Of a stretch of 64,000 nucleotides of DNA, positions 19,543-29,350 are shown piece after piece. The DNA lies in contig JANRKS010000022.1 in the NCBI GenBank assembly GCA_033763315.1, forward strand, positions 107,166 to 171,165. Direction: 5' to 3'. The notes below the pieces were generated by a model. That model searched no databases. It was given only the letters and a program-made list of their open reading frames with translations, and was not told the origin of the DNA. The DNA is from Deltaproteobacteria bacterium (GTDB lineage: Bacteria; Myxococcota_A; Polyangia; Fen-1088). The position numbers were made by a program, and so were the translations under genes. Each line of letters opens with the position of its first letter. The stretch's first letter is position 1.

Positions 19543-20217
19543 ATGTCAGCCGCCCCTGCCCCCCCGCACGCAGCCCTTGGGCACGGCCACCACGAAGGCC
19601 CTGTCTCGTGGCCCACCGACGCTTTCATGGGCAAGGCCAGCGCCTTGAAGCTGGGCATGTGGATCTTCTTGTTGTCCGATGCGTTCTCGTTCGCGGGATT
19701 GCTGCTCACGTACGGCATCTTGCGTGCGGCATCGAGCGTGTGGCATCAGCCTGGTGAACCCGCGTTCGGCATCAACTTCACCGCCGGCCTCACCTTCTTA
19801 TTGATCTGTTCCAGCCTCACCATGGTGATGGCGGTGGCCGCCTGCCGCGCGGGCAAGCGTGGCAAGACGATGGCCTTCTTGGCGCTCACCATCTTGGGCG
19901 GGGCGTTGTTCTTGTGCGGCCAGTTTCACGAATATTTCGGCATTGGCACCCACGGTCTCATCGCCGAAGGGCTGCACCTTGGCGGCTCCCACCGCGCCAC
20001 CACGTTCTTCGTCATCACGAGCTTTCACGGCTTTCACGTGTTCTCGGGCGTCGTGATCATGAGCGTCATGTTCGTCAAAACAGCGCGCGGCCGCTATGAC
20101 CACGGCAACGTGGACGCGATTGAGGCCACGGGCCTGTTTTGGCACTTCGTGGATCTCGTCTGGATCTTGGTGTTCACGTTTGTGTATCTGATTCCCGAGC
20201 CAGGGGTGTTGCCGTGA
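19543..20217 (+). CDS. Cytochrome c oxidase subunit III (first half-type copy)
   Basis: KLGMWIFLLSD, TSFHGFHV, GLFWHFVDLVW. Confidence 0.92.
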   Translation: MSAAPAPPHAALGHGHHEGPVSWPTDAFMGKASALKLGMWIFLLSDAFSFAGLLLTYGILRAASSVWHQPGEPAFGINFTAGLTFLLICSSLTMVMAVAACRAGKRGKTMAFLALTILGGALFLCGQFHEYFGIGTHGLIAEGLHLGGSHRATTFFVITSFHGFHVFSGVVIMSVMFVKTARGRYDHGNVDAIEATGLFWHFVDLVWILVFTFVYLIPEPGVLP

Positions 20218-20510
20218 AGGCTGAGTCACACGTCACGTCCACACGCAGCTATCTGTGGGTGTTTGCGCTGCTCACCGTGCTCACCATCGCCGAAGTGGGC
20301 GTGGTGAAGGTGACAAGCATGGGCCGCGCGTTGTTGATCTCGGCGCTGGTGCTGTTGGCCTTGGCCAAAGCCGGGCTTGTGTTGATGTCGTTCATGCACC
20401 TCAACCATGAAACGCGTTCGTTGAAGCTGACGGTCATCTTGCCGTTCGTGCTTCCCGCCCTTTATGCCTTTGTGTTGATCGCGGAAGCGTCGTGGAGGTT
20501 GTTGCCATGA
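20214..20510 (+). CDS. Cytochrome c oxidase subunit IV
   Basis: YLWVF.LL.VLT..EV...KA.LV...FMHL..E; GTGA overlap with the upstream gene. Confidence 0.88.
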   Translation: MKAESHVTSTRSYLWVFALLTVLTIAEVGVVKVTSMGRALLISALVLLALAKAGLVLMSFMHLNHETRSLKLTVILPFVLPALYAFVLIAEASWRLLP

Positions 20511-20740
20511 AGCGCGCTTTGTTGCTGGCCGCCCTGGTCATGGCGCCCAAGCTGGCGTGGGCGTGCCCCGTCTGTGCCGGCCGCGAAACCAACACCACGA
20601 TGATCGCCACATTGCTGGGGCTGATGATCGCCGTGCCTTACGCGGTGGCCGTGGTGGTGATTCGTGTGATTCGCAAGGCCGATAAGGAAAGCGCTTGGCC
20701 TGCGCCCCCGCTGCCCGAGGCCGAAGGCTCGCGACCATGA
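20507..20740 (+). CDS. Small membrane protein with signal peptide and CxxC motif
   Basis: AWA-CPVC followed by one TM; ATGA overlaps on both sides. Confidence 0.75.
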   Translation: MKRALLLAALVMAPKLAWACPVCAGRETNTTMIATLLGLMIAVPYAVAVVVIRVIRKADKESAWPAPPLPEAEGSRP

Positions 20741-21564
20741 AGCGTCTTGAACTTACACTCGCATTGGGCCTGGGGCTTTGTCCCAGTGTGGCCTTGGCCG
20801 CGCCTGCCCCCGAACATGGTTGGGGCCTGCCCCGCAATGTGTCGCTGCATGGCGGCCGCATCGATTGGTTGATCAACGTGACCACGGTGTTCGTGGTGGC
20901 GATGTTCGCAGCCACCGTGATCTGGTTGCTGTGGTCATCTGTGTTTCACGGCCGCAAGCACAAGGCCGAGTATGATCACGGCAGCGCCAAGAAGCAGATC
21001 ATCAAGGCCGTGTTGCTTTCACTGCTCATCTTCGGTGTGGTCGACGGCAACCTGTTTTTCTCGGGTATGGCCGATTTGAACGACGCCTTCTGGGCCTTCG
21101 ACAAAGCCGAAGCCGCGCCGAACGCGGTGCGTGTGCAGGTAAACGCGCACCAGTGGGCATGGGACATCCGGCACCCCGGCGCCGATGGCAAGTTCAACAC
21201 CGCCGACGACATCGTCACCTTCAATGAACTGCACGTACCCACGGGCGCGCCGGTGATTCTGCAGTTGGCCAGCACCGATGTGATTCACAGCTTTTCTTTG
21301 CCCAATTTCCGCACCAAGCAAGACGCGATTCCGGGCAACGTGACACGGCTATGGTTTCAGGGCACGGAGGCTGGTGAGTTCGAGATTGCGTGCGCTCAAC
21401 ACTGCGGTGTCAATCACTACAAGATGCGCGGCGTGCTCGTCGTGCAAACACCACAAGACTATCAGGCGTGGATGGAAGAAGCCTCGAAGCTCGCCAGCCG
21501 CGCCTACGATCCCGAAGACAAGTCCGCCCATTGGGGCTGGGACTGGGATCGCAAGAACAAGTAA
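20737..21564 (+). CDS. coxB: Cytochrome c oxidase subunit II (CuA)
   Basis: HQWAW, DVIHSF, KQDAIPG, CAQHCGVNHYKM CuA ligands. Confidence 0.94.
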   Translation: MKRLELTLALGLGLCPSVALAAPAPEHGWGLPRNVSLHGGRIDWLINVTTVFVVAMFAATVIWLLWSSVFHGRKHKAEYDHGSAKKQIIKAVLLSLLIFGVVDGNLFFSGMADLNDAFWAFDKAEAAPNAVRVQVNAHQWAWDIRHPGADGKFNTADDIVTFNELHVPTGAPVILQLASTDVIHSFSLPNFRTKQDAIPGNVTRLWFQGTEAGEFEIACAQHCGVNHYKMRGVLVVQTPQDYQAWMEEASKLASRAYDPEDKSAHWGWDWDRKNK

Positions 21565-21579
21565 CGGCGAAAAATCACG

Positions 21580-23361
21580 ATGGAATTGCAACCAATACAC
21601 CCGGCGCCGAAATCGTTCTTAGGCCGCTACGTCTTTTCTACCGACCACAAAGTCATTGCCAAGCAGTTCTTGTGGTCCGGCTTGTTGTTCCTGCTGTTCG
21701 GCGGGCTGTTGGCCATGCTGATCCGCTGGCAATGGGCGTACCCCGGGCGATCGGTTCCCGTGGTGGGGCAAGCGTTGTTCGCCAAGTCAAACGGCATCAT
21801 CACGCCCGCCAGTTACAACGCCGTGTTCACCATGCACGGCTTGATCATGATCTTCTTTGCCATCACGCCGATCCTGATTGGCTGCCTGGGCAATTTCACC
21901 ATACCGCTGATGATCGGCGCACGCGACATGGCGTTCCCGCGCCTGAACATGGCCTCGTTCTGGACGTTCGTCGCGTCGATGTGTTTCATCGTCCTATCGT
22001 TCTTCGTGCAGCTGGGCTCAGCCGCCGCCGGGTGGACCACTTATCCGCCGTTATCAACGAAAATTGGTACGCCTGGCTTGGGGCAAACCTTCGTGGTGGT
22101 GGCCATCTTCTTAACGGGCGCAGCCACGATCATGGGCGCCGTCAATTACGTGACCACCGTGATTCGCTTCCGCGCGCCGGGCATGGGTTACATGCGGATG
22201 CCATTAACGGTGTGGGGCCTGTGGCTCACCTCGATTCTGAATGTGTTGTTCGTGCCGGTGTTGGGCGCGGCCGCGTTGCTGCTGTTTTTGGACCGTGTGT
22301 TTGGCACTCAGTTTTTCATCTCGGGCGCAGCGGCCGTGCGCGGCGGCGGCGATCCCATTTTGTTTCAGCACCTGTTTTGGATCTTCGGGCACCCCGAGGT
22401 TTACATTCTGATTCTGCCCGCCTGGGGCGTGGTGGCCGATTTCGTTTCGTTCTTCTCGCGCAAGCCCGCCTATTGGTACAAGGGCTCCGTCATCGCGATG
22501 ATCGCCATCACCGTGCTGTCAGCGATTGTCTACGGGCACCACATGTTCACGACCGGCATGAACCCGATGTTGGGCAAGGCCTTCATGATCTTGACGTTGA
22601 TCATCAGCGCGCCGGCAGAGCTGCTTTTCTTGAACTGGCTGCACACCATTTGGAAGGGCTCCGTTCGGCTCACGGCAACGATGTTGTTCACGTTAGGCGT
22701 GATCTTCGTATTCGCTCTGGGTGGCCTCACGGGCATCTACCTGGCCACGATTTCCACCGATCTTTACCTGCACGACACGATGTTCGTGGTGGGTCACTTT
22801 CACCTCACGATGGCGGCGGCGTCGTTTTTGGCGAGCTTTGCCGCGATTCACTTTTGGTTTCCCAAGATGTTTGGCCGCAAGCTAAACGAAACATTGGGCA
22901 AGGCACACTTTTGGACCTCGCTGGTGTTCATCACCTTGCTGTTCGTGGGCCAGTTGGCCGTGGGTTACGCTGGCCAGCCCCGGCGTTTGTGGGATCCGCA
23001 CCAATACACGTTCGTGCAACATCTGGCGCCGCTGAACCGCTGGACTTCTTACTTCGGCTTTGCGCTGGGTCTGTCGCAGCTGTTGTTCATCTTCAACTTC
23101 TTCCGCAATGTGTTCGCGCCTGCCAACGCAGAGGCCAACCCGTGGGGCGTGGGCACGTTGGAGTGGACGATTCCGTCGCCGCCGCCCCCACACAACTTCG
23201 ATGTGATTCCCACCGTTTTGCGCGGGCCGCACGAATTCGCAAACCCCGAAGTGCAAACCATGTTGGGCCGCGACTGGGTGGCACAAAATGAAGTGTTGCC
23301 GCGCGACGCGGAAACACCCGGTCCGTCGGTGGCCCTTGCCCGCGGTGTGAAATCCACATGA
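21580..23361 (+). CDS. coxA: Heme-copper oxidase subunit I (A-type)
   Basis: TDHK, TMHG, GWTTYPPL, FGHPEVY, GHH, HDT...HFH, PRR. Confidence 0.96.
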   Translation: MELQPIHPAPKSFLGRYVFSTDHKVIAKQFLWSGLLFLLFGGLLAMLIRWQWAYPGRSVPVVGQALFAKSNGIITPASYNAVFTMHGLIMIFFAITPILIGCLGNFTIPLMIGARDMAFPRLNMASFWTFVASMCFIVLSFFVQLGSAAAGWTTYPPLSTKIGTPGLGQTFVVVAIFLTGAATIMGAVNYVTTVIRFRAPGMGYMRMPLTVWGLWLTSILNVLFVPVLGAAALLLFLDRVFGTQFFISGAAAVRGGGDPILFQHLFWIFGHPEVYILILPAWGVVADFVSFFSRKPAYWYKGSVIAMIAITVLSAIVYGHHMFTTGMNPMLGKAFMILTLIISAPAELLFLNWLHTIWKGSVRLTATMLFTLGVIFVFALGGLTGIYLATISTDLYLHDTMFVVGHFHLTMAAASFLASFAAIHFWFPKMFGRKLNETLGKAHFWTSLVFITLLFVGQLAVGYAGQPRRLWDPHQYTFVQHLAPLNRWTSYFGFALGLSQLLFIFNFFRNVFAPANAEANPWGVGTLEWTIPSPPPPHNFDVIPTVLRGPHEFANPEVQTMLGRDWVAQNEVLPRDAETPGPSVALARGVKST

Positions 23362-23951
23362 GCACCACCGCCAATACCTTCGGCGATCCACGGCTGGCGG
23401 CCCATCGTTCAGGAACGGCGTTCTTGGGCATGGTGATCTTCATGGGCTCGTGGGCCATGCTGTTCGCGGGCTTGTTCTTCGCCTACGGCATTGTTCGCGC
23501 GGGCACCCACGCTTGGCCCCCCACGGATTTGCCAACCTTGCCCATCGGTTGGCCGGGCGTCGCCACCGCGGCCCTGGCGCTGTCGAGCGTGGCGTTGCAG
23601 GGCGCCTTATCGCAGGCGCGCAAAAATGGCAAGCGCGTGGGGACGTTGACGCTGGTGGCTTTGGCGGCCGGCGTGGTGTTCCTGAATCTGCAAATCTCGG
23701 TGTGGCGAAACTTGTGGACGCTGGGGTTGCGGCCCGAGACCGGCACTTACGCTTCCGTGTTTTATGGGCTCACGGTGTTCCACGCTTTGCACGTAGCTGT
23801 GGGCTTGGTGGCTTTGCTGTTCCTGAGCACGCAGAGCTTGCGCCACCGCTACACCGCCACCGCCCACATTCCTTTGCGTCTGTGGACGCTGTATTGGCAC
23901 ATGGTGGGCGCGGTGTGGTTGCTGATGTACGTGCTGCTTTACTTGGTTTAA
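23358..23951 (+). CDS. Cytochrome c oxidase subunit III (second copy)
   Basis: FLGMVIF...FAGLF, FYGLTVFHALHV, LYWHMV. Confidence 0.88.
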   Translation: MSTTANTFGDPRLAAHRSGTAFLGMVIFMGSWAMLFAGLFFAYGIVRAGTHAWPPTDLPTLPIGWPGVATAALALSSVALQGALSQARKNGKRVGTLTLVALAAGVVFLNLQISVWRNLWTLGLRPETGTYASVFYGLTVFHALHVAVGLVALLFLSTQSLRHRYTATAHIPLRLWTLYWHMVGAVWLLMYVLLYLV

Positions 23952-25040
23952 ATGATGGCCACGCGCTCTTCTTCACAATGGTTGTTCGCTTTGCGTTCGC
24001 TCGCCTGCACGTTGCCGTTGGCAGGTCTGTTTGCCAGCGCGGGCTGCGACAAGAACCTGTTCGCCAAACCAACATTCACTGAAGGCTTGTCGCTCACGCG
24101 GACCGAAACGGCGGCGGAGGAATCGGGCGATGAAGAGACTGCTGCCAACCCGCCGGCCGAACCTGGGATGGCCACGGCGCGCACCATTTCCGCCGACGTG
24201 CTTAACCAAGGCAAAGACGTTTACACGCTCAATTGCCAACCTTGCCATGGCGAAAAGGGCGATGGTCAAGGCCCTTCGGCGGCAGGCATGCGCCCACCAC
24301 CGCGCGACTTTCGCACCGGCATGATCAAGTTCGGCGGCGTGGCGGCGGGCAAGCTGCCGCAAGACGAAGCGTTGGAACGCATCGTGTGGCATGGCTTGGC
24401 CGGCACGCCGATGATGCCGTGGGATCTGCCGGCGCAAGAGCGTTTTGCCGTCATTCAATACATCAAAACGTTTTCGCCGCGTTGGAAGGAAGAGAAACTG
24501 GGCCGCCCCGTGGTGGTGCCGGCCGATCCTTGGCAAGGGCGTGAAGCCGAAGCCATCGACGTGGGCAAACGCATCTATCACCTCACGGGTGTACAGAACG
24601 ACGAACAAGGCAACATGAAATACATGATGGCCGGTTGTTCGGGTTGCCACCCAAGCTACATCACGCGTGATGAACGGGTGGCGTTGTCGAAGAAATACAC
24701 CGGCGCAGCGCCCGCCGCGATGGCCGAACTCGAAGAGATGTATCGCCCGGCGCTGAAAGCCAGCGAGTACACGATCAACGATCGGCAACTGCAGATCCTG
24801 CCGATCGACTTTTTGTTCCACCAGGTGAAAAACGGCACCAAGCTTGAGGAGCTCTACAAGACGATCGCTTCGGGCGTGGCTGGCGCCGCGATGCCCGCTT
24901 GGAAGGGCATCTTGAGCGACGAAGGCCTGTGGGCCCTCACTCACTACGTGAAGTCGCTTGTCGATATGCGCGGCAGCCGCGAGGCTGTGGCATTGCGACA
25001 AGCGTTGATGGCCCAACCACCGTTACCCAAAGAAAATTAA
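23952..25040 (+). CDS. Diheme cytochrome c lipoprotein
   Basis: SAGC lipobox; CQPCH and CSGCH; PRDF; GTPMMPW and GAAMPAW. Confidence 0.88.
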   Translation: MMATRSSSQWLFALRSLACTLPLAGLFASAGCDKNLFAKPTFTEGLSLTRTETAAEESGDEETAANPPAEPGMATARTISADVLNQGKDVYTLNCQPCHGEKGDGQGPSAAGMRPPPRDFRTGMIKFGGVAAGKLPQDEALERIVWHGLAGTPMMPWDLPAQERFAVIQYIKTFSPRWKEEKLGRPVVVPADPWQGREAEAIDVGKRIYHLTGVQNDEQGNMKYMMAGCSGCHPSYITRDERVALSKKYTGAAPAAMAELEEMYRPALKASEYTINDRQLQILPIDFLFHQVKNGTKLEELYKTIASGVAGAAMPAWKGILSDEGLWALTHYVKSLVDMRGSREAVALRQALMAQPPLPKEN

Positions 25041-25272
25041 GCCTCGCGCGGCGCGTCCCCGGCCTACGTGGGCCGGCGACCTACGTGGTTCCACTTAGTT
25101 TGGGTTAGGACATGCCCACGTGGGCGGCAACCATCGCTCACAGTACCTTTGAATTCACACTCCGACCTTCAGGAGTGAGTTCAAAGGACAGGTGCATGAA
25201 GTTCAAGCTTGTTTCGGCTGTGATTGCATTTGTTGCGACCAGCCTGTGTGTTGCCGACATCGAGGCGCACCG

Positions 25273-26817
25273 ATGAAACGCACACTGGATGCCTCTCGGA
25301 GGCAATGGCTCAAGGGCGCGGCCGGGTATTCGCTGGCCCTGCCGTTCTTGCAGTCTCTCGCCACGAAGACAGCGTTCGGCCAAACCACTGTTGCCGCGCC
25401 GAAACGCTTTGTGGCGATGCTCAACGAGCACGGCGGTTTGGCGGAAAGCAGCATGTTTCCCGCGATGGGAACGCTCACCGACAAGGCGAACCTATTTCCC
25501 GATCACGAAATTGGTTGGGGCGCGCTTAAAGCCACCCGCAGCGGCGCCGACGCGGTGGTGGCCCCTGTGCTGCGCGCGCCAGCCGACCTTTTCTCCGATC
25601 GCTTGATCGGCAAGATGAACGTGCTGCATGGGTTGGACGTGCCGGTGTACATGGGGCACCGCCGCGGCCACTACCTTGGCAACTATGCCGCCGTGCTTGA
25701 GCTCAAAGAGCCTTACACAAGCAACCTGCGCCCCACCATCGATCAGGTGATGGCCTACTCACCGGGCTTTTACCCCCAGCTCGATGGCATTCGCGAACGC
25801 GTGATGATTGCGCCCGGCGCACAAGCTTCGTGGAATTACAGCAACCCCACCGCGCGCACGGGCAGCGTGATGAACGTTCGCGGCCCGGACGATTCGCTGC
25901 AGATGTTCGATAGGATCTTCGTTCCAGCGGGCGCGCCGCCGCCCATGCAACGCCGCCACGTTGTGGATTACGTCCTGGAAAGCTACAACAACCTCAAGAA
26001 CGCGAACCGACGTTTGTCTGCGGGCGACAAGCAGCGCCTCGATGATCACATGGAGCGCATGTCGGAGCTTGAACGCAAACTGACGTCAAAGCCCGTGGCC
26101 TCGTGCATGGCGCGGCCCAGGCCACCGCGCGCCGCGGGCTATGCTTACGTTGACGAGTCCGAGTTCACCACCTTGGTGAATCTGTGGCTCGACGTTTTCA
26201 TTGCGGCGTTTACTTGCGACACGAGCCGCATCGGAATCTTGCCGTTGGTGGATCTACGCCAGCTGCTCTCCTACGCGGGCGATTGGCATCAACAGGTGGC
26301 GCATCAATACAACACCGACGCCGCGCAAGAAAAAATTCTAATGGCCTACCAACGCGCCTTTAGCCGCGTCATCGTGCCGTTCGCGCAGAAGCTAGACGCC
26401 ATAGAGGAGCATCCGGGCTCAAGCTACTTGGACAACACGTTGATCATGTGGACACAAGAGGCTGGCTGGGAGACGCATACGTCTGTCAGCGTGCCCGTGG
26501 TCACCTTTGGAAGCGCCGGTGGCTTCCTAAAAACGGGCCGGTTTGTGGACTACCGCCGCAAAAACTCGCCGCTGTCCGCCTACAAAGGCACAGGCACCAA
26601 CCAAGCCTTGGGGCTGCTCTATTCACAGTGGATGGCCACGGCTCTGCAAGCGATGAATGTGCCGCCCAGCGATTTCGAGCGCTGGGGGCACAAGGGCTAT
26701 GGCTGGCCGGAGTTCGGCACCGAAGGGTGGTTGCCGCCGTTTAGCAAACACTACCAGAGCACAAGTTCCCGATACTTCCAGATGGCGAGCGACGTCTTGC
26801 CGCAACTTAAGGCCTGA
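25273..26817 (+). CDS. DUF1552-family Tat-exported protein
   Basis: SRRQWLKGAAG.SLALPFL.SL, TIDQVMA, DKQRLDDH...ELE, AFTCD.SR, LDNTL. Confidence 0.85.
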   Translation: MKRTLDASRRQWLKGAAGYSLALPFLQSLATKTAFGQTTVAAPKRFVAMLNEHGGLAESSMFPAMGTLTDKANLFPDHEIGWGALKATRSGADAVVAPVLRAPADLFSDRLIGKMNVLHGLDVPVYMGHRRGHYLGNYAAVLELKEPYTSNLRPTIDQVMAYSPGFYPQLDGIRERVMIAPGAQASWNYSNPTARTGSVMNVRGPDDSLQMFDRIFVPAGAPPPMQRRHVVDYVLESYNNLKNANRRLSAGDKQRLDDHMERMSELERKLTSKPVASCMARPRPPRAAGYAYVDESEFTTLVNLWLDVFIAAFTCDTSRIGILPLVDLRQLLSYAGDWHQQVAHQYNTDAAQEKILMAYQRAFSRVIVPFAQKLDAIEEHPGSSYLDNTLIMWTQEAGWETHTSVSVPVVTFGSAGGFLKTGRFVDYRRKNSPLSAYKGTGTNQALGLLYSQWMATALQAMNVPPSDFERWGHKGYGWPEFGTEGWLPPFSKHYQSTSSRYFQMASDVLPQLKA

Positions 26818-26876
26818 ACATGGCACGACCAAACAAATCAGGCCCACACACGTTGATTTTCAGAGGGAGTGCACGC

Positions 26877-28694
26877 ATGAAGCGTCCTAGTGCGAGGGTG
26901 TTTCAACTTGCGTGCTTGGGACTGATCTTTGGCAGTTGCACCGGTGCGGTGACCTCACGGGACATGCAATCTGAAGACGACGGCTCCGGTGGCACAGGCG
27001 GTGCTGGTGGCGACAACAGCGGCGGCAACTTGATGCCAGACCACGAAGAGCCCCGCTTTGCGTGCGAACAAGGCGCTGCACCTGCCGTCACAAGCCTGCA
27101 CCGGCTCACGCGACGCCAATACACCAACACGCTTGCCGATCTGTCGGCATGGGCCCTGGGCAACCGCACAGAAGCGAACGCAGTGCTCAAAGACATTGAT
27201 CCAACCCTGTCGATGCTGCCGCTCGACGTGCGCGCTGTGACGGCTGAAGATCCGCACGGCGGCTATAGGCGTCTGGATCAGAACGTCCAGCAGGCGCACG
27301 CCGAAGGCTATTACGAAACAGGGGTCGCGCTTGGGCGCGCCTTGACCAATGGCGCCCGCCTCACCAAGATCGCTGGCGCCTGCGCCACTGACAGCGATGC
27401 TGGCAACGACGCCGCATGCTTGCAGGCATTTCTCAATGGCTTTGCGGCCCGCGCCGTGCGAGGTCCCTTGCCGTCAGATGTGCAATCCCTGCTCAAAAAG
27501 GTTTTTGCGACGGGTACAGGAACGGACGCGTGGGCCGACGTGATCGCCGTCCTGCTTAACCTGCCGCAGTTTCTTTATTCGGTGGAACATGGCGACAAGC
27601 AAGTGGCTGGCAAGGTTTATCAACTCACCGACCACGAGCTGGCCGCGCGCCTCTCATATCACTTCACTGACACGATGCCGGACGATGAGCTGTGGGCCGC
27701 AGCCAAGGCCGGCAAACTGGCCGATAAAGCCGAACTCGCCGCCCAAGTGCACCGCCTGGCCAGTGACACACGCTTTCGCGGCGTGATGAACGACTTTTTC
27801 GCCGAATGGCTCAAGGTGGAAGACCTGCAGTCTCTGGATCGCAATGCAAGCGATCCTGCCTTCAAGTCGTTCGCCGGAAATGATCTGCCGAAAGCGTCGC
27901 TGCGCCAATCGATGGTCGACGATGTGCTGGGATTGGCATCGCACTACACGTTTGACGAGCCGGGCAAGGTGGCTGATCTTTTGACGTCGCGACTTTCGTT
28001 TGCGAAAGCCTCAGATCTCGCTGCGATCTATGGCGTCTCGCCATGGAACGGGCAAAGCCCACCGCCCACCCTCTCCGAGGATCGGCCAGGGCTTCTGACG
28101 CGCGCTTTGTTTCTCTCCACAGGCACAGCCACCACACGGCCGATCATGAAGGGCGTCTTCATTCGCAAGACGCTGCTATGTGACTCCATCCCGCCACCAC
28201 CCGCCAACGCCAACGCCAACCTGCCAAACTTGCGCGCCGGCATGACCACGAGAGAGGTGGTTGAAGAATTGACGGAAAAACAGGGCACCACGTGCGCCGG
28301 TTGCCACGCCAGCCTCATCAACCCGTTGGGCTTTGTGACTGAGAACTTCGACTCATTGGGGCGCAAACGCACCGAGGAGGTTTCCTTCGATGCCGCTGGC
28401 AAAGAGGTGCAACGCAAACACGTGAACACTCAAGTGGTTCCTCGGATCACGGATGAGGATGAGCGGTCGGCAAGCGGCGTCAACGATGTGGTGCAATTCA
28501 TGGTGGAGAGCGGCAAGGTGCAAGCGTGCCTCGCTCGCAACTACACGCGCTTTTCTTTGGGGCGAACCGAAGACACCTCACAAGACGGGTGTTTGCTGGA
28601 GCGGCTGCGCGGCAAGCTGGCGGGGGGCGGCTCTTTGGCAGACTTCGCGGCAGAGGTGGCGCTGTCCCCCGAGTTTGGCCAGCACGCGTTTTGA
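26877..28694 (+). CDS. DUF1592/DUF1588 family lipoprotein with CxxCH
   Basis: RLTRRQY.NT, ELAARLSY...PD.EL, RP..GV....LLC...PPPP, CAGCH, ENFD.LG. Confidence 0.88.
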   Translation: MKRPSARVFQLACLGLIFGSCTGAVTSRDMQSEDDGSGGTGGAGGDNSGGNLMPDHEEPRFACEQGAAPAVTSLHRLTRRQYTNTLADLSAWALGNRTEANAVLKDIDPTLSMLPLDVRAVTAEDPHGGYRRLDQNVQQAHAEGYYETGVALGRALTNGARLTKIAGACATDSDAGNDAACLQAFLNGFAARAVRGPLPSDVQSLLKKVFATGTGTDAWADVIAVLLNLPQFLYSVEHGDKQVAGKVYQLTDHELAARLSYHFTDTMPDDELWAAAKAGKLADKAELAAQVHRLASDTRFRGVMNDFFAEWLKVEDLQSLDRNASDPAFKSFAGNDLPKASLRQSMVDDVLGLASHYTFDEPGKVADLLTSRLSFAKASDLAAIYGVSPWNGQSPPPTLSEDRPGLLTRALFLSTGTATTRPIMKGVFIRKTLLCDSIPPPPANANANLPNLRAGMTTREVVEELTEKQGTTCAGCHASLINPLGFVTENFDSLGRKRTEEVSFDAAGKEVQRKHVNTQVVPRITDEDERSASGVNDVVQFMVESGKVQACLARNYTRFSLGRTEDTSQDGCLLERLRGKLAGGGSLADFAAEVALSPEFGQHAF

Positions 28695-29339
28695 TCAGTC
28701 GCGCCGCACGAAGCCTCGCCGCAGCGCCGAGGCGATGGCTTCGGTGCGGCTTTTGACTTCGAGCTTGGTGAGGATGCCCGACACATACACGCCCACCGTG
28801 CGTTCGGCGACTTGCAATTCTTCAGCGATGCCTCGGTTCGACAAGCCCTTGCACAACAACTCAAGCACTTGCGACTCGCGCGGCGTAAGTTGTGAATTCG
28901 GATTTCGCTCCGCCAAGCGCGACGCGATCTCAATCGGCACGTAACGCTGCCCATTCGCCACCTTGCGAATGGCGTCCAGCACCTGCGCTCCAGGCGTTTC
29001 CTTCGTCACATAGCCCAACGCGCCCGCCACGATCGCGCCGCGAATGCTTTCATCGCCTTCGTATTGGGTCAGCACCAACACGCGCGCGGGCGGATTTTCC
29101 TTCTTAAGCACGTTCAAAAGCGCGATGCCGTCGAAGTGTGGCATTTTGAGATCGGCCACCACCACACGCGGTTGATGTGTGCGGTAAAGCTCGATCGCTT
29201 GCAAGCCGTCGCTGGCCTCTGCCACCACCTTCAAATCAGATGATTGCGCAATGAGCGCAGCCACGCCCATGCGCACGAGATAGCTGTCTTCCACAAGCAT
29301 CACACTTATGGTGGCGTCGGCAAACGGCTGTGGTTTCAT
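28695..29339 (-). CDS. NarL/LuxR-family response regulator
   Basis: REC domain (VED...DLKMP...GYVTK) plus LuxR HTH (LTPRE...GLSN..IA). Confidence 0.95.
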   Translation of the reverse strand: MKPQPFADATISVMLVEDSYLVRMGVAALIAQSSDLKVVAEASDGLQAIELYRTHQPRVVVADLKMPHFDGIALLNVLKKENPPARVLVLTQYEGDESIRGAIVAGALGYVTKETPGAQVLDAIRKVANGQRYVPIEIASRLAERNPNSQLTPRESQVLELLCKGLSNRGIAEELQVAERTVGVYVSGILTKLEVKSRTEAIASALRRGFVRRD

Positions 29340-29350
29340 CACTGTTTTCC

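Noticed and set aside
21390-23291. 633-aa alternative-frame ORF over cox subunit I
   Set aside because: Stop-poor off-frame typical of high-GC genes; no recognisable domain.
23973-25016. 347-aa antisense ORF
   Set aside because: Shadow of the diheme cytochrome gene.
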